Shown: in pieces, positions 14,251 through 27,148 of the stretch
Layout of the letters: each line of letters begins with the position of its first letter
How positions within the stretch are numbered: the stretch's first letter is position 1
Origin: Eledone cirrhosa
Lineage: Eukaryota
DNA: 64,000 nt
Reading direction: 5' to 3'
NCBI GenBank assembly: GCA_964016885.1
Contig: OZ024740.1
Location: 216,504,001-216,568,000, forward strand
Translations under genes and position numbers: made by a program
Notes under the pieces: generated by a model
Told to the model about the DNA's origin: nothing
What the model saw: the letters and a program-made list of their open reading frames with translations, nothing else
Database searches by the model: none

Positions 14251-15372
14251 TTTAGTTGTATCAGTGTTTGCATGTAAAACAAGGCTTAACTGTATCCAAA
14301 GGAATGTTTAGCTATAATTAAAGCAAATAGCAATTTTGTTGAACAACAAATTAGAGAACTGATGAAAAATGATAATTTTGGAAAACAGTATTTCTAAAGT
14401 TTAGTTAAAGGCCTGGCAAATATTTAAATGTGTTGTTGATAAACTCTGTTGAAAATGTAAAAACCTTCAGTTAGAAAATCAACAAGTTGAGAACATAATT
14501 GATAGCTTTCATCAACAGGGATGTTGGATGAGTGTGAAAATATTTCACCGAGAAATATGTTGTGTTAATGGAAGATATTGAAGCTAGAGAGGTGGAGTCA
14601 TTAGTATGATGGCTAATTATATTTGGGTATTTGAAAATGAGACAACACCTATGTTAAACATGCAGGAACATATAAAGACACAGCTTATTGTTTTGTTTTC
14701 ATGGCTTTGCTGTAAATATATTTTTGTAGTTAACATTTATTTTTATCTGATATGATAAAACACAGTTTAAAACAAACAATGACAAAACTGACTTTATGAA
14801 TAGATTTTCCTTCAAAACCCTAAAGATAAAAAATATCAAAATTTTCCCAACTGTTTGTTGTTATTGCCATCATTTTCATCATCATCATCACCATCATCAT
14901 CATTTTAATGACTGATTTTTTCCATGTTGGGATGAGCTGGTTGAAACTTTTCTGGAGGCAGCATTCTATGGCAAAATGCCCTTCCTGATGCTAACACCTT
15001 TTTATTTTCAAGTATGAACTTATTCCACTAGTCTTTGTCTGTTCAAACAGTTTGGTATGAAAAGGGTTAAGATTGGTTTATAAATGTTTTAAAACAAATT
15101 TATTGCTTTTCTTTCTTCCTGGTTTTGAATTTCATGCTTTTTCTATGGGTGTGCTGGGAGAAGAGATTCTGTGTCTGTGTCTTTCACAGGCTATAAATAA
15201 AATGGAACATTTAGTTTGCATCTGTTTTGCACTCAATTACTGAGCATTGATGTTTACATAATTGAAGTAATATAGAAATAAACGGACGTTTGTCAGTTTT
15301 TATGATATGAGTTCCAGTTGTTTTGGTCAATGTTGTTTTGAGGAATTGCTAGGTAGATGCTAGCAGGCTCAT

Positions 15373-15632
15373 ATATCAGAAATTCTTCTCAGAAGATGGA
15401 AGAGGATAAGGCATGTTCTCAGAAGAAAGCAAGAAAGCATCCCAAGAACAGCTCTTCGCTGGACACCAGAAGGCAATTGAGAATGAGGAAGGTCAAAGAA
15501 CACCTGGCACAGAACAGTTGAGGGAGAGAAGACGACCTAGCTACACATATGGGGTACCATCAAGAAACTGGCCCAGGACAGACAGGAGTAAGGACCTCTG
15601 CTGCTGCCCTACATGCCTGTGGGAATAATGAG
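15373..15632 (+). pseudogene. Degenerate RTE LINE ORF2 C-terminus
   Basis: RRWKRIRHVLRRKQESIPRTALRWTPEGN*E*GRSKNTWHRTVE...KLAQDR matches RTE C-terminal motifs. Confidence 0.7.
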
Positions 15633-15960
15633 CAGTAGATAGATAGGAGACTCATTAAATTAATGTCTAAATGGCTGAATATTTCACACTTGTATCTTTA
15701 ATATAAAATTCTTATGAGATATTCAATGCAGTGTGACATTGTTTGACAAAGCTGGAGTATAGGTATAGTCCATCTGGCAGGCTTCAAAATAGTCTGTCTT
15801 CCTAGCTTCACTCACAGGCTTGGATCAACAGAAAGCTATAATAAAGTGACATTTGCCCAAGATGTTATATATTGAGACTGAACCTGGTACCTTGTGATTG
15901 TGAAGCAAATTTCTCAAGAATTCATTGAAGCTGCATCCTGAGATTTAAGAAATATAATAT

Positions 15961-16146
15961 ACCGTATATACTTAAATATAAACTGTGGAATACGGGACCA
16001 AAATATCGATGGTAAATTGAGGGGGGTCAGGGTCGGCCTACATACACCATGTTGATTAGGTGCCTTGACTTATAAATTGGGTTAGGATTTTTGTTCCCTT
16101 TTCAGACATAAAATAAGAGTGTTGGCATATATTCGAGTATATACAG
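15961..16146. mobile_element. pogo/Tc2-type MITE (related copy ~62653-62866)
   Basis: TA-ccgtatatacttaaatata ... tatattcgagtatatacag-TA TIRs. Confidence 0.65.
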
Positions 16147-16187
16147 TATATGAATGCACTACGTAAGATTCCTGTAGATTTAAATAT

Positions 16188-16356
16188 CATATTTCCCAGT
16201 GTAGAAGAAGCTTCGTGCTCGAGGATGCATCCTAATTTTGACAACCAAAAATTTGAAAAAAAAATAATGAACAATCTTCGGCCTCCAGTACGCATGGTAG
16301 ATTTTTGAGACTTATTTTAGGAAAAAAAGTAGCATCTTCGACACTGGGAAATACAG
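16188..16356. mobile_element. pogo/Tc2-type MITE (second copy ~57080-57368)
   Basis: TIRs tatttcccagtgtagaaga / tcttcgacactgggaaatacag; body shared with 57080-57368. Confidence 0.65.
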
Positions 16357-16807
16357 TATATATTATCTTTGACATTTTGTTTAGGGCTTACTGACCTCCA
16401 GGATGGGTCAGAGGACTATGTCCTGTTCGAATATACCATATTTGGATGGTTACTATGACTGGATTCCCTTCCTAAAGACAATCCCTTTATATAGTGTATT
16501 GGATGTATTTTATTGTGACACTAACATTAAAGATGTTATCAGTTCCTTGGCAAGACTGAAGAGTTTTCACTATACATTATCATCATTCAATTGTCAGTAA
16601 CTTAGCTGAGTATATGTGTGTGTTGTTGTTGTTATTATTGTTAGGGTAATGGATTGGCAGTGTCGGTAGAGCATTGGACATGCTTTGCAGCATAGATTTC
16701 AAATCCCGTTGAAGTTTTCTTTGTCTTTCGTTCTTACGGGGTCCATAAAATAAAATACCAGTAATGCACTGAGGTCAATTTAATCGACTTTCCCCTAAAT
16801 CAGAAAC

Positions 16808-16844
<37 letters not shown>

Positions 16845-17399
16845 GTTGTTGCCAAATAGGAATTAATATTAGAGGTGACTGTTGCTAATGGGTGTGTATC
16901 TTTGTATCATAACAGAATGGTTTTTATTATTTCTTTGCCTTTCATCCTTACGGGGTCGATAAAATAAAGTACCAGTAATGAACTCTGGGTAATTGCTGGC
17001 CTTGTGCCTAAAGTAGAAACAATTATTTCTATAGGATTATCTTTTTTTAATCTATTATAAGATAGATATCAATAATATTATATTATCCCTGAGTGATATG
17101 GACCATTTGTCTTTGTAGTATTTGAATTGAAAATAATCTTGTATCTAACTTAACAGCTATGATATGAAATAATGGTGACAAAATGAAACTGTGGTGTAAA
17201 ATGTACACTAAGATGTAGAGTAATTAATGATTATTTTCAATCAGTATAAAAAGAGGTAGGGGCATGGGATTAGAAACATTATTGGTGAGGGAGAGTCTAT
17301 GAACTACATCCATCTCTCATCTCTTGAGTCAAACACAAGCTTCCTTCCTGATCTTACCACTCTTTACACAGCCATTACTACCCATAAACAAAGGTGTCA

Positions 17400-18015
17400 T
17401 CAACATGCCATCTAGACACTCATGTAACACCAGCTTTGACACCATTGACAGAGACTTAGTAAAGCTGCAATGGAGACACAGCAGTCATGTCTCCCTCAAC
17501 AGAACAACCATACAATCACTACATACCACAGAAACAATAGTGTGAACCTCTTTCTCTTTAGCCTTTAATTGCAGGAAATTAAAACATTTGGTATTATTAC
17601 AAATCTTAGGCCTCACCATTATTGATGATCTTTCTCAGCAATCTCACATCCATAAAATAGCAATAACTCCATCCCACCTTCTCTATTCTGTCTGCCGTGG
17701 CTGTGGCGTGGTCAGCACATGGGCTCCCATTTGCTCATAATAGTGAGAGATGGGGAAAGCGAGTGTGACGCAGTGACATAGGAATTTCATTCTATTATGT
17801 TCGGTCCTTGTTAAGAATTTTTTTGTTTCAGTGTGCATAACATATATTAACTTGCTCTATAAGGAATAAACTCTTTTACAACGTATAATTTTAAATAACT
17901 CCATCCCCCAAACTAACCATCCTCTTAAAGGACAGTTACTGACCCTCTTGAAAGCTTGAGACCCACAATATAATACTTCTCTCACATGATATAATGTTGC
18001 TGCTACTCACACTAG
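17400..18015 (+). pseudogene. Degenerate CR1/Jockey-like RT C-terminal remnant, interrupted by an insertion
   Basis: IDRDLVKLQW..., ILGLTIIDDLSQQSHIHKIA and RPTI*YFSH pieces resemble CR1-like thumb motifs. Confidence 0.5.
17676..17893 (+). mobile_element. 218-bp unclassified insertion with 14-bp TSD
   Basis: aataactccatccc at 17662-17675 and 17894-17907; AATAAA near the right end. Confidence 0.7.
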
Positions 18016-18863
18016 TGTATGTGCATGTACACATGCAGAGAGAGTATATGTAAATAAAACATTTGGTTGAAATAATCAGCATTGAAAAGCCACCAGTTTC
18101 AGATTTTAAAATGCTAGGTTTCCTGCTTTAGCTTTGTTTCTCCAACACTACTTTTGACAAAGGGATTTTATTGCCAAAATATTATGGGCTAATTAAACAC
18201 TGCCAAGGTAACATTCCAACAGCTTTGTTATTGTAATTTTAAACATTTAATGCCCTATTTTCATTGCTGTAGCTCTCTAAAACAAAACGTTATTTTGTAT
18301 ATATCTATGTATCTCGTATTCATGTTTCTGAAATGTTTTACTTTCTTCTATATTTTACAGATTTGGATTGTTGTTCAACTGTCTCATTCGTTTGTTTGAA
18401 TTAACCATTGGTCTTATCCTGATGTCAACCTGATTTCACATCATGTTCCAGGTAGACACATTTTATTCATCGTATCATCTTTTTATCTATTTATATTTTC
18501 TGATTATTAAAATGTTACTTTTTGTGTTGTAAAGTGCAAATTATTCCATTGATATAATCCAGATATTAAAGACCAATATGTAAGATTGACCATATATACT
18601 CACTTATAAGTCAAAGTGGGAAATAAATTTTGTCCACCTTGTTTTTTGAGACTTCAGCCTTTGACATGTACACCTGTACAAGTCATATGTCGATTTTTGT
18701 AAATGCTGTGTAAATTTGTGGTTGAATTTTAATATAACATTTAGTTAAAATAATTACAGCCATTTCCAGTATAGTCTATCAAATTACCGTAACGAGAAAT
18801 ATCCTAGCAATGAGTGTTTATGGCAGAAAGCAGCAGATTAACCAGTGCATATAAATTGCCACT

Positions 18864-18917
<54 letters not shown>

Positions 18918-18918
18918 T

Positions 18919-18980
<62 letters not shown>

Positions 18981-19039
18981 TTATATATATATATATATAT
19001 TGCAAGCAGGGAAATGAGGATGGTGATGATATATATATC

Positions 19040-19172
19040 AATTAGGTTGTAGCGTGCTTATGCTGTATTTAACTAAATAAAATTAGTCTGTTAGTTAGGA
19101 TTTTAAAAATCCCAACTATGAGACTAATTCTATTTAGTCAAATACGGTGTAAGCACATGTTACTACCTAATT
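19040..19172. repeat. Spacerless imperfect palindrome, ~65-bp arms
   Basis: aattaggttgtagcgtgcttatgctgtattt... pairs with ...aaatacggtgtaagcacatgttactacctaatt. Confidence 0.8.
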
Positions 19173-19297
19173 TTCAAATTCGCTAGTTGTTTGTAAACAA
19201 AGCCTGCTTTGTGTCTCCCTATACAAAACTATGGATTAACAAGACTCAGTACTTAGCCATAATAAATAAATATATATATATATATATATATTTATTT

Positions 19298-19469
19298 ATT
19301 TGTTTGACGAATTAATAAATAAATAACTAGTAATAAAGATAAAGTGAAAATGTGAAAATCATATGGTCATGTTGCCAATATTGCCAATAAAAAGAAACAC
19401 AAGCACCATATGATTTTTCACATTTTCACTTTATCTTTATTACTAGTTATTTATTCATTAATTTGTTAA

Positions 19470-19475
<6 letters not shown>
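19298..19475. repeat. Inverted repeat, ~70-bp arms, between TA tracts
   Basis: ctagtaataaagataaagtgaaaatgtgaaaa / ttttcacattttcactttatctttattactag. Confidence 0.85.
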
Positions 19476-19505
<30 letters not shown>

Positions 19506-19644
19506 TTAGGTTTGTTGGTTCACCACTGGATAGAATTGGTCATTCCGTATGGTCAATCCTGGTGTAATATTGTGAAGAGTACTCAACGCAGTGCAGTTCA
19601 CCCATCTTCGTGTGTGTAGTTGGTGGTGCGAATACGGAGTTAAT

Positions 19645-21315
19645 TATAAATGAAATAACATAACAGGAGGCTGGACTGGTGTAAATCCTTGAAAGGTTTA
19701 TTATACTATGATCATTTCAATGACTGGGTTCCATATGAATCCGGTGATATCATCAGGTATTGGAATATAACAAAGGAATATGTAAAAAACCATGGGTCCG
19801 AAAAATCAGAGACAGAGAGGATGACTGACCAACTAGCTTCTCGGCCAGTCGCCCTCAAAGTGTTGGCAACTGAATCTACTAATGAATATCTGGTGAGGAG
19901 GTGAAGGCTTATAATGCACTACCACCACTCCATCAAAGAAGAAAGGGAAGAAAGGGAGAAAGAAGTGTAGTGTAAGAGTCGTACTACATTCATGCTAGAA
20001 AATGCAGCGAAAAAATGCTACCCCAAAGAATCTATAATGGGTGTCTGTATGGTCTAATGTGTGAACCGAAGATTGGAACGTTAAACTTATGTTGCGAGTT
20101 ATAGGATGAAATTAAATTAAATTAAAAATATTAAATTGCAAAATGATAAATTGAAAAATAAGTTATTAGAGAATTAAAGATTAAGGTAGCGAGATTTATT
20201 TATTTAATGAACTTACGGAGAGAGTATTATATGAAAAAATTTATCTCGATAAGATATTAGGATGGGATATAGAGTAAAGATTTCGATTGGGAGTCCTAGC
20301 CAGCACACACCCCCACCATGAGTCAGCCAGTCTTGAGTGGTATCGTCCAGCGAAAGAAATGGAAATTAATTTTTCCGAGTACTTTAGGAACGTAGCTACC
20401 TTAGGCTCCGGGAGCACTAGCGGGAACTCCACAATTTCGACAGGCCATCCTCTATACCAAACGAATATTGTTAAATCCCACATGAGGGGTTTATTTACGT
20501 GCCAGTAGAGGCATGATACAGCTAATAGTTATGCCCAAACCTGGAGTTTGTAGGTACAAGTATAATGTGGCGGCCAAAACAGGCGGCACGGTGGGACCGG
20601 GGCAAAGCAAACCACTCCGAGTAATTTCGTTTACCGAAAGAGGAGAAATTTATTTTTCCGAGCACTCAAGGAAGGCTGAACTTTCCGAGTGCCCAGCGCG
20701 CAGCCGGGAAAAAGCCACCACACAAGTCGAAGGTAGCAACCCAATGAAAAGTGCAAATAGACCAAAATTACTTTAAAGTCCCAGTTAGTCCGGGTTATAA
20801 GTAGTGTGGTTCTTAGGTGGGTAGGGGGCTATGAAAGGTGCATAATGACCTGAGTGAGGAAAAGTTACAAAAAAATAATAAATAGTAGCAGAATACAAAG
20901 ATAAAATACCAATATAAAGATAGAATACATTGATAAAAATACATTAATAAAATAATAAAATAATAAAATAATAAAAAAATATACATTAATGAAATAATAA
21001 AAAAATTAATAAAGGTAAATAAGAATCAATATAGATCAAGTTGTAGTAAGATAATACAAGTTGTACATATAGATATAGATATAGAGGATGGAGGAGATGG
21101 AATGGTAACAGGTTGAACCTAGTGTAAAGTTCGGGTCTCCGAATTCAGTGTGAGTCACAAAAAGTCCTGAGGTATAGAGTCGAGACTTCAGTCAATACAA
21201 TACATGTTTTAGTATAATACGTAGAGTTTTGTCGGAATCGGAATCATCCCGACAAGGAAGTAGTAATAAACTTTTCAAGGATTTACACCAGTCCAGCCTC
21301 CTGTTATTTTATTTC

Positions 21316-21322
<7 letters not shown>
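19645..21322 (-). mobile_element. Non-coding PLE-like element with 59-bp inverted ends and HHR
   Basis: 19645-19703 inverted to 21264-21322; HHR then AATAAA on minus strand; same terminus at ~25898 and ~30838. Confidence 0.65.
19703..19760 (-). ncRNA. Type I hammerhead ribozyme (family 4)
   Basis: AUAC-CUGAUGA-stem II (several mismatches)-GAAA-UGAUCA-UA^GUAU. Confidence 0.75.
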
Positions 21323-21381
<59 letters not shown>

Positions 21382-21650
21382 ATTTATTATGGCTAAGTAC
21401 TGAGTCTTGTTAATCCATATTTTCACCTGCAACTGCACAGGTGAAACTTACTACTTAATAAATGAATATTTAAAGTCTACTCTTTTCTCTCATCTGTCAA
21501 CTATATATATATATTAAAAAATAAAAAAATAATATATAATTCTCTGGCTTGCACCATTTAAACAGGTCGTTGAGCGCTTCTTTTTGTCTGCTTCATAGCT
21601 GACTGAACATTATGTGGTCCACACATCCCGGATCGGTTAACCCCATATTT

Positions 21651-21730
<80 letters not shown>

Positions 21731-23478
21731 TGACTGACTGACCATGGACTATGTCCTTGATGAAAAGTTTTAATACTTTTACATATCATTTAGGATTAGT
21801 GTTGTTTATGGCTAAGAAGAGGTAAGAGTGACAATCTCTGTTGCTGAGGTCACATTTATGTATCCTCATTAGTTTGTTGGTATGTTGCTACTGCTCTGCT
21901 CCTTCCTATATGCCTGGTTTTGTGTTGCAATGTACAACAGCTTCTCTTCTTTATTTATGTACCAATTCAGAATAATCTCTGTCCATTTCAATCATCTTAA
22001 AGGCCTGATACTGTCTTATTATGGATGGACACACACACACGTGTGTGTATGTCTTCATAGTCTATTATCAATTTTTATGTTCATATTATCCATATCAGAT
22101 TTTAATTTTGTCTTTCTACAATAAAACCTGAATCTCCAGTACAGATTATTCTTCCAATAAATGATGCAGTACTATTTCAACTTCCCGGAAGACACTGATC
22201 AAAGATGATATAAGATCTATACAAATCAAAGCAGATTGTACTTTTATAGCTTGCCTCAAACTATGGCCTTTTTAAGAACCAGAAGTTGATATCTTTTGTT
22301 TTTGTATATTAAGTACACCTTCATTGAATTTACCATTCTTTCAACTAGATAAAGTTGGTGGAATCACTTATAACATTCCATATTTTAAACTTTGGGTTTT
22401 TAGTTCATCTATTCTCTGTACTAGCATCTATCTTTACTAGCATCTGTTGGATGTTCTTTTTAATATTTGCAAATGTGTTTATTGTGAGATTGTGTGTGTG
22501 TGTGTGTGTGTCCGTTCCATATTTCTAATGAAAGTCACTGTCTATGATTTTCAATTAATTCTTGATATAATAAGAAATTTGAAGGAATTAGTAGTACAAC
22601 TTTATTGTTATTTAGTTGGTGTTTTAGAACACAACTTAAAGGGCTCTTGTAAAAGATTATAATGGAAGGTTTCGATTTAAACATGAACATTTTAAAACAA
22701 AAGGTTTTCATGTCCATCTGAAACTAGTAGGAGAGATGGAAATAAGGAAGGGTTAAAGTATCCTCAAACCAGAGACTTGGCTTAAATGTTTGCAACAAAG
22801 GAATGTTTAATTTACACTTATGTGTTCAATTATATAAAGGAAGGCAATGGAGGCTTGGAAAGTATCATTGGTCACTAAGAATTGGTCGTAATCAGATGTG
22901 ACTTCATGTTCATAACATGTTGCACACACCTGTGCTGATCAATAACCTACCTGCACAAGGTAGAAGTACATATATTTAAAGGGAAGTCTAGATATTAAGC
23001 CCCAACCTCAAATACTCTACAACTACATGTCCAACCATTTGCAAATGTCTGGATTTATTAACAACACACAGGAAGCCACAGGGCAGAGGTGATGAGAGTT
23101 GAACTCAGATTGCTTAGACTCACTGTGGAGATGACAAAGGAATGTAGCAAGTGGAGAGATGTTGTGCTAGGAAGGACCTATCCAACCCATGCAAGCACAT
23201 AAAAATGGATGCAAAAATGCTTGTGAAGCATTTTCCTAATTTCAATATCAGATCCAGAAAATTTCAAGACAAACATAGAAACCATGATAGATATCTCATC
23301 AATTTCTAGTCTAAATACTTTCAAGTCCCCCCCTTCATTGTTGATGCTCAATATTGCACCATGATAAATAGAGAGTACCTTATACTGATGGAATGCTCTT
23401 TGCTCTATAACTATTGCAACCGTCTTTAAAACCTCCAGGTATATCAAAATATGTTGAATCTGAAACCAGATGGAACAT

Positions 23479-23590
23479 ATGGAGCAATCCACAGATTTCT
23501 CCCCATTCAACCCCAGATGGAACAATCCACAGATTTCTCCCCTTTCAACCCCAGATGGAATAATCCACAGACTTCTCCCCATCCAACCAA
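23479..23590. repeat. 38-bp tandem repeat x3
   Basis: atggaacaatccacagatttctccccattcaaccccag units. Confidence 0.8.
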
Positions 23591-23733
23591 ACTCCGTAAA
23601 CTTTTGTTTTGTTTCCAAATGTTCAGCCAATGATTTCTATAACAGAGAACAGATAATATTTTATCAATTTAGAAATAGGTTTCACTAGTTTATTTATTGT
23701 ATCTAAATCAATAAATTTTTTAATTCATCTTAA

Positions 23734-23965
23734 CCCTTTTGTTACCAACCTGGACTAAACCAGCTCCGGTTCTATGAAATAAAGTCACCCATTTTAAAGG
23801 TTTCTAATTTAAGTTAAAATCTTCCAACATAATTTTATAGAAGAACCCTTCATTAAGTTACTATTTAGTAATGTAATAATTACTAATTTTTGTAAATCCC
23901 TCAAAATTCTTCATTAATTAATTGAAATAGAGTATATTTCATTAGAAATTTGTTCATGAGAGGGT
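23734..23965. mobile_element. TTAA-flanked (piggyBac/Kolobok-like) MITE; relatives ~59356-59592 and ~55930-56125
   Basis: TTAA-ccctttt...gagggg-TTAA; internal ttctatgaaataaagtcacccattttaaaggtttc shared with ~59392. Confidence 0.6.
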
Positions 23966-25704
23966 TAAATCTAGTGAAGAACTCAAATATTGGTGAAATC
24001 TTTTAATTGTTTTCTCAATAAGCTGCTGTAGAGTCTATTGAACAACTATTACAGGACACACACACACAGTAGTTGATAGCTTCTGTTACTTATATGATCT
24101 AATTAGCAGTGGAACAAGGTCCGTGGAATTCATAGGAGCTAGAATAAGAACAGGAAGCTATTCATTCTGTTGGCAGTAATGGGAATCCCCTCCAAGTAAA
24201 GTGTTAAATTGTATTTGTTTGTGTATGAAGTGGGATATTGTATGGTAGTAAGATTGGGCACTGAGAGGCAGCATGGAGACTAGAATGAACTGAACTGGAC
24301 TGTGTATGAACTAGAATGAACTGAACTGGGTGTATATATAATGATAGTGTGTATAATGACTGTGTATAATGACTGAATATAATCCATAAGATGTATATAT
24401 AATGACAGTGTACTTATAGAGTGAACTTACATTGAAATTGTCTAGGTTTTCTATCTCTTGATTAAATATTGAAAGATAGGTGTGCCATAACACTGCATCT
24501 TGTAACAATGTTTACACAATAACTTATGAATTCAACATCTCAGCAGATTTCCAGCCATTGCTTATTATAAATTGTTGAACTCTATTGACTTGAAGAAATG
24601 TGTTTTTCTTCATTGCTAACTGCCCCATCCCAACAATTCTTTCATATGTTATTTTTCTTCTAAATTATTTTTCTAAATAGCAAGATCCAAATTGTTTGTG
24701 ATGAGTAAACAGAGGAACATTTAAACCTTGAGGAAATGAAATCTTTGGATAAAAGAGGGGGTGATAGAGAAGCAAAGGAGAGGGGAGATAGAAGGGGGGG
24801 AGTGATAGAGAGAGGCGAGGCAGGTGGGAGAGGGGAGAGAGGAGAAGTGATAGAGAGGTGAGGGAGGGGAGAGAGAGGGGGGAAGTGATAGAGAAGCAAG
24901 AGAGAGGAGGGGGGAGTGATAGAGAGAGGCGAGGGAGATGGGAGAGAGGAGGGGGAAGTGATAGAGAGAGGCGGGGGTGGGGGTGAGAGAGAGGTGGATG
25001 GAGGTGGGGGTGTAAACAACTTATGAAAGCATGTTTGTGTAATAGAGACAGAAAGATAATGTTAAAGAGGGAGGAAGATGTGTGTGTGTGTGTGTGTGAG
25101 AGATAGATAGAGTGAGTGAGTGACAGGGGGGGGGGGCACAGATATATATATATATAGAGAGAGAGCGAGAGAAAGATACAGTATATATATATGTAGGAGT
25201 GATTACTGGAAGTTATGAGAGGGAATAAGAAAGAACATGTGAATGTGTGTGTGTGTGTTAGAGACAGACAGATTATATGAAAGAGAGAGGAATATGTGTG
25301 TATGTGAGAGAGAGAGAGAGATAGAGAGAGTTTATATGTCTGACTGATAAAAAAGATGGTGTTATGTGAGTAAAAAAAGAACTTTTAAAATGCTATAATT
25401 CTGTTCTCAACTAGAACATTTGATCTTAAAATCCTCTATCATGTCTTTGGGTGATCTTCTGTACGTGGAGGTGGGTAAAGCGTTCTTTCATGTGAAACTT
25501 CTCGTAGTCTTGTATATTTTCTATATATGTGTGTGTGTGTATCAATACATTGATGTGTATCATTGAAAAATCTGAATGTCTTTACACATTGTTAGTAAAC
25601 AATATATTTTGTTATAGTTATGACATTCTACAATTAGAATTGAAATGGGTTTCTGTTCATTTCTGGATCATCTCATTTCAGTTTAGGTTTATTTATATAT
25701 ATAT

Positions 25705-25852
25705 CATCATCATCGTTTTACGTCCGTTCTTCCATGCTAGCATGGGTTAGACGGGTTGTCCTGTTGTGGGCAGTGTCCAGTCGGCTGACCTTGTCTTGCT
25801 CATACAGGAATTGATTCTGGCTTGATTTTTACAGCTGGATGCCTTTCCTAAC
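25705..25852 (-). mobile_element. RTE-A/SINE 3' tail fragment (also ~57375-57562)
   Basis: Reverse complement of the 54415-54567 tail. Confidence 0.8.
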
Positions 25853-25952
25853 AATATATATATATATATATATATATATGTGTATATAAGTTTGATTAAA
25901 ATAACAGGAGGGCGGACTGGTGAAGGTCCTTTCAAGGTTTATTGTTGCAAAA

Positions 25953-26010
25953 ACACTATATATATTTCAATAGCCAGGTTATGTAAGACCCTGGCGATAT
26001 CATCAGGTGT
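25953..26010 (-). ncRNA. Type I hammerhead ribozyme (family 4)
   Basis: ACAC-CUGAUGA-UAUCGCCAGG...CCUGGCUAUU-GAAA-UAUAUA-UA^GUGU. Confidence 0.85.
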
Positions 26011-26103
26011 GTATTGCATAATTAATTAAACAATAAAGCAGAGAAAATATTTGATTTAGAGATGGCTTGTAAAGTAGGTGTTATTGTTGCTACAGACCAT
26101 CTC

Positions 26104-26139
<36 letters not shown>

Positions 26140-26629
26140 AAATGAAATCCTTATTGCTCCAATCAGTCCACAAACACTCGGCAAACATCCTAAACCAAAT
26201 GCCAACCTCTACTCATGGCTCCTGCCAAACCATACCCACCAAATTCGGCAAATCAAATGTGGACCACCCATCTTCCCAAACTTGGCATATGTAACCAGAC
26301 TGCAACAGCCAATAAATGGGGAAGACAGACTTTATCAAGATGCAGCTGTCAAATTATGCAGTTACTATATAATAAAACCAAAAAAGCTGTTATTATCTTA
26401 TCTATCCATCATATATATATATATGTATATATATATATGTGTGTGTGTATGTGTGTGTGTGTATATATGTGTGTGTCTGTGTATATGTGTGTGTATATAT
26501 ATATATAGTAATAATAATAGTAATAATAATAAATTTGAAGACTAAAATCCAAAGAGGGCTTGATAAGGATAAACATATATCAGATATATAAGAACCATAG
26601 AGCAAATATTTATTAAAATAACAGATTAA

Positions 26630-26680
26630 AGTTTAAGCAAAGAATCGCTGCTTTCACCCTTAACGGGATCTTCTGAAACT
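26630..26680 (-). ncRNA. Variant hammerhead ribozyme (U4A core, family 2)
   Basis: AGUUU-CAGAAGA-UCCCGUUAAGGGU-GAAAGCA-GCGAUUCUU-UGCU-U^AAACU. Confidence 0.65.
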
Positions 26681-27097
26681 AAAAAAGTCAATCTGTGAAC
26701 GCAGAAGTAAATACTTCAAAAAAACGTTGCAACCGAAGGAAGACAGGAAGACGATACTTTGGCTCGTGGAAACGTTCCCTGGCAAAGAACGGAAAAAATC
26801 GAAGATAATACGTCATTATTTGGTGCGGTGAAAACAATTACATGCAAAGACAAAACCACATTTATGGTATAAATGAAGTCGTAGACTAATATTTGAGTAG
26901 GTGGTTCATGGAGACTTCTCTGGCAATATCTTTGCGTGTAATTGTTTGCACCACACCAAATAATGACGTATTATCTTCGTTTTTTTCCGTTCTTTGCCAG
27001 GGAACGTTTCCACGATTCAAAGTATGGTCTTCCTGTCTTCCTTCGGTTGCAACGTTTTTTGAAGTATTTACTTCTGCGTTCACAGATTGACTTTTTT

Positions 27098-27148
27098 AGT
27101 TTCAGAAGATCCCGTTAAGGGTGAACGCAGCGATTCTTTGCTTAAACT
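27098..27148 (+). ncRNA. Variant hammerhead (family 2), additional GAAA>GAAC change
   Basis: Inverted twin of 26630-26680; probably inactive. Confidence 0.5.

Noticed and set aside
14354-14395. ctgatga-aaaat-gata-atttt-ggaaaacagta
   Set aside because: Extra G before GAAA, no stem III and weak stem I; likely chance in AT-rich DNA
18361-18450. Possible exon after the ttttacag acceptor
   Set aside because: Stops in all three frames and a weak donor; a non-coding exon cannot be excluded
19565-19645. gtgaaga-gtac...gtgc-gaatac HHR-like fold (similar at ~19116-19152)
   Set aside because: Multiple core substitutions; cannot be supported as a ribozyme
26137-26411. Possible solo LTR (tgta...ca with AATAAA)
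   Set aside because: No second copy, PBS or TSD visible
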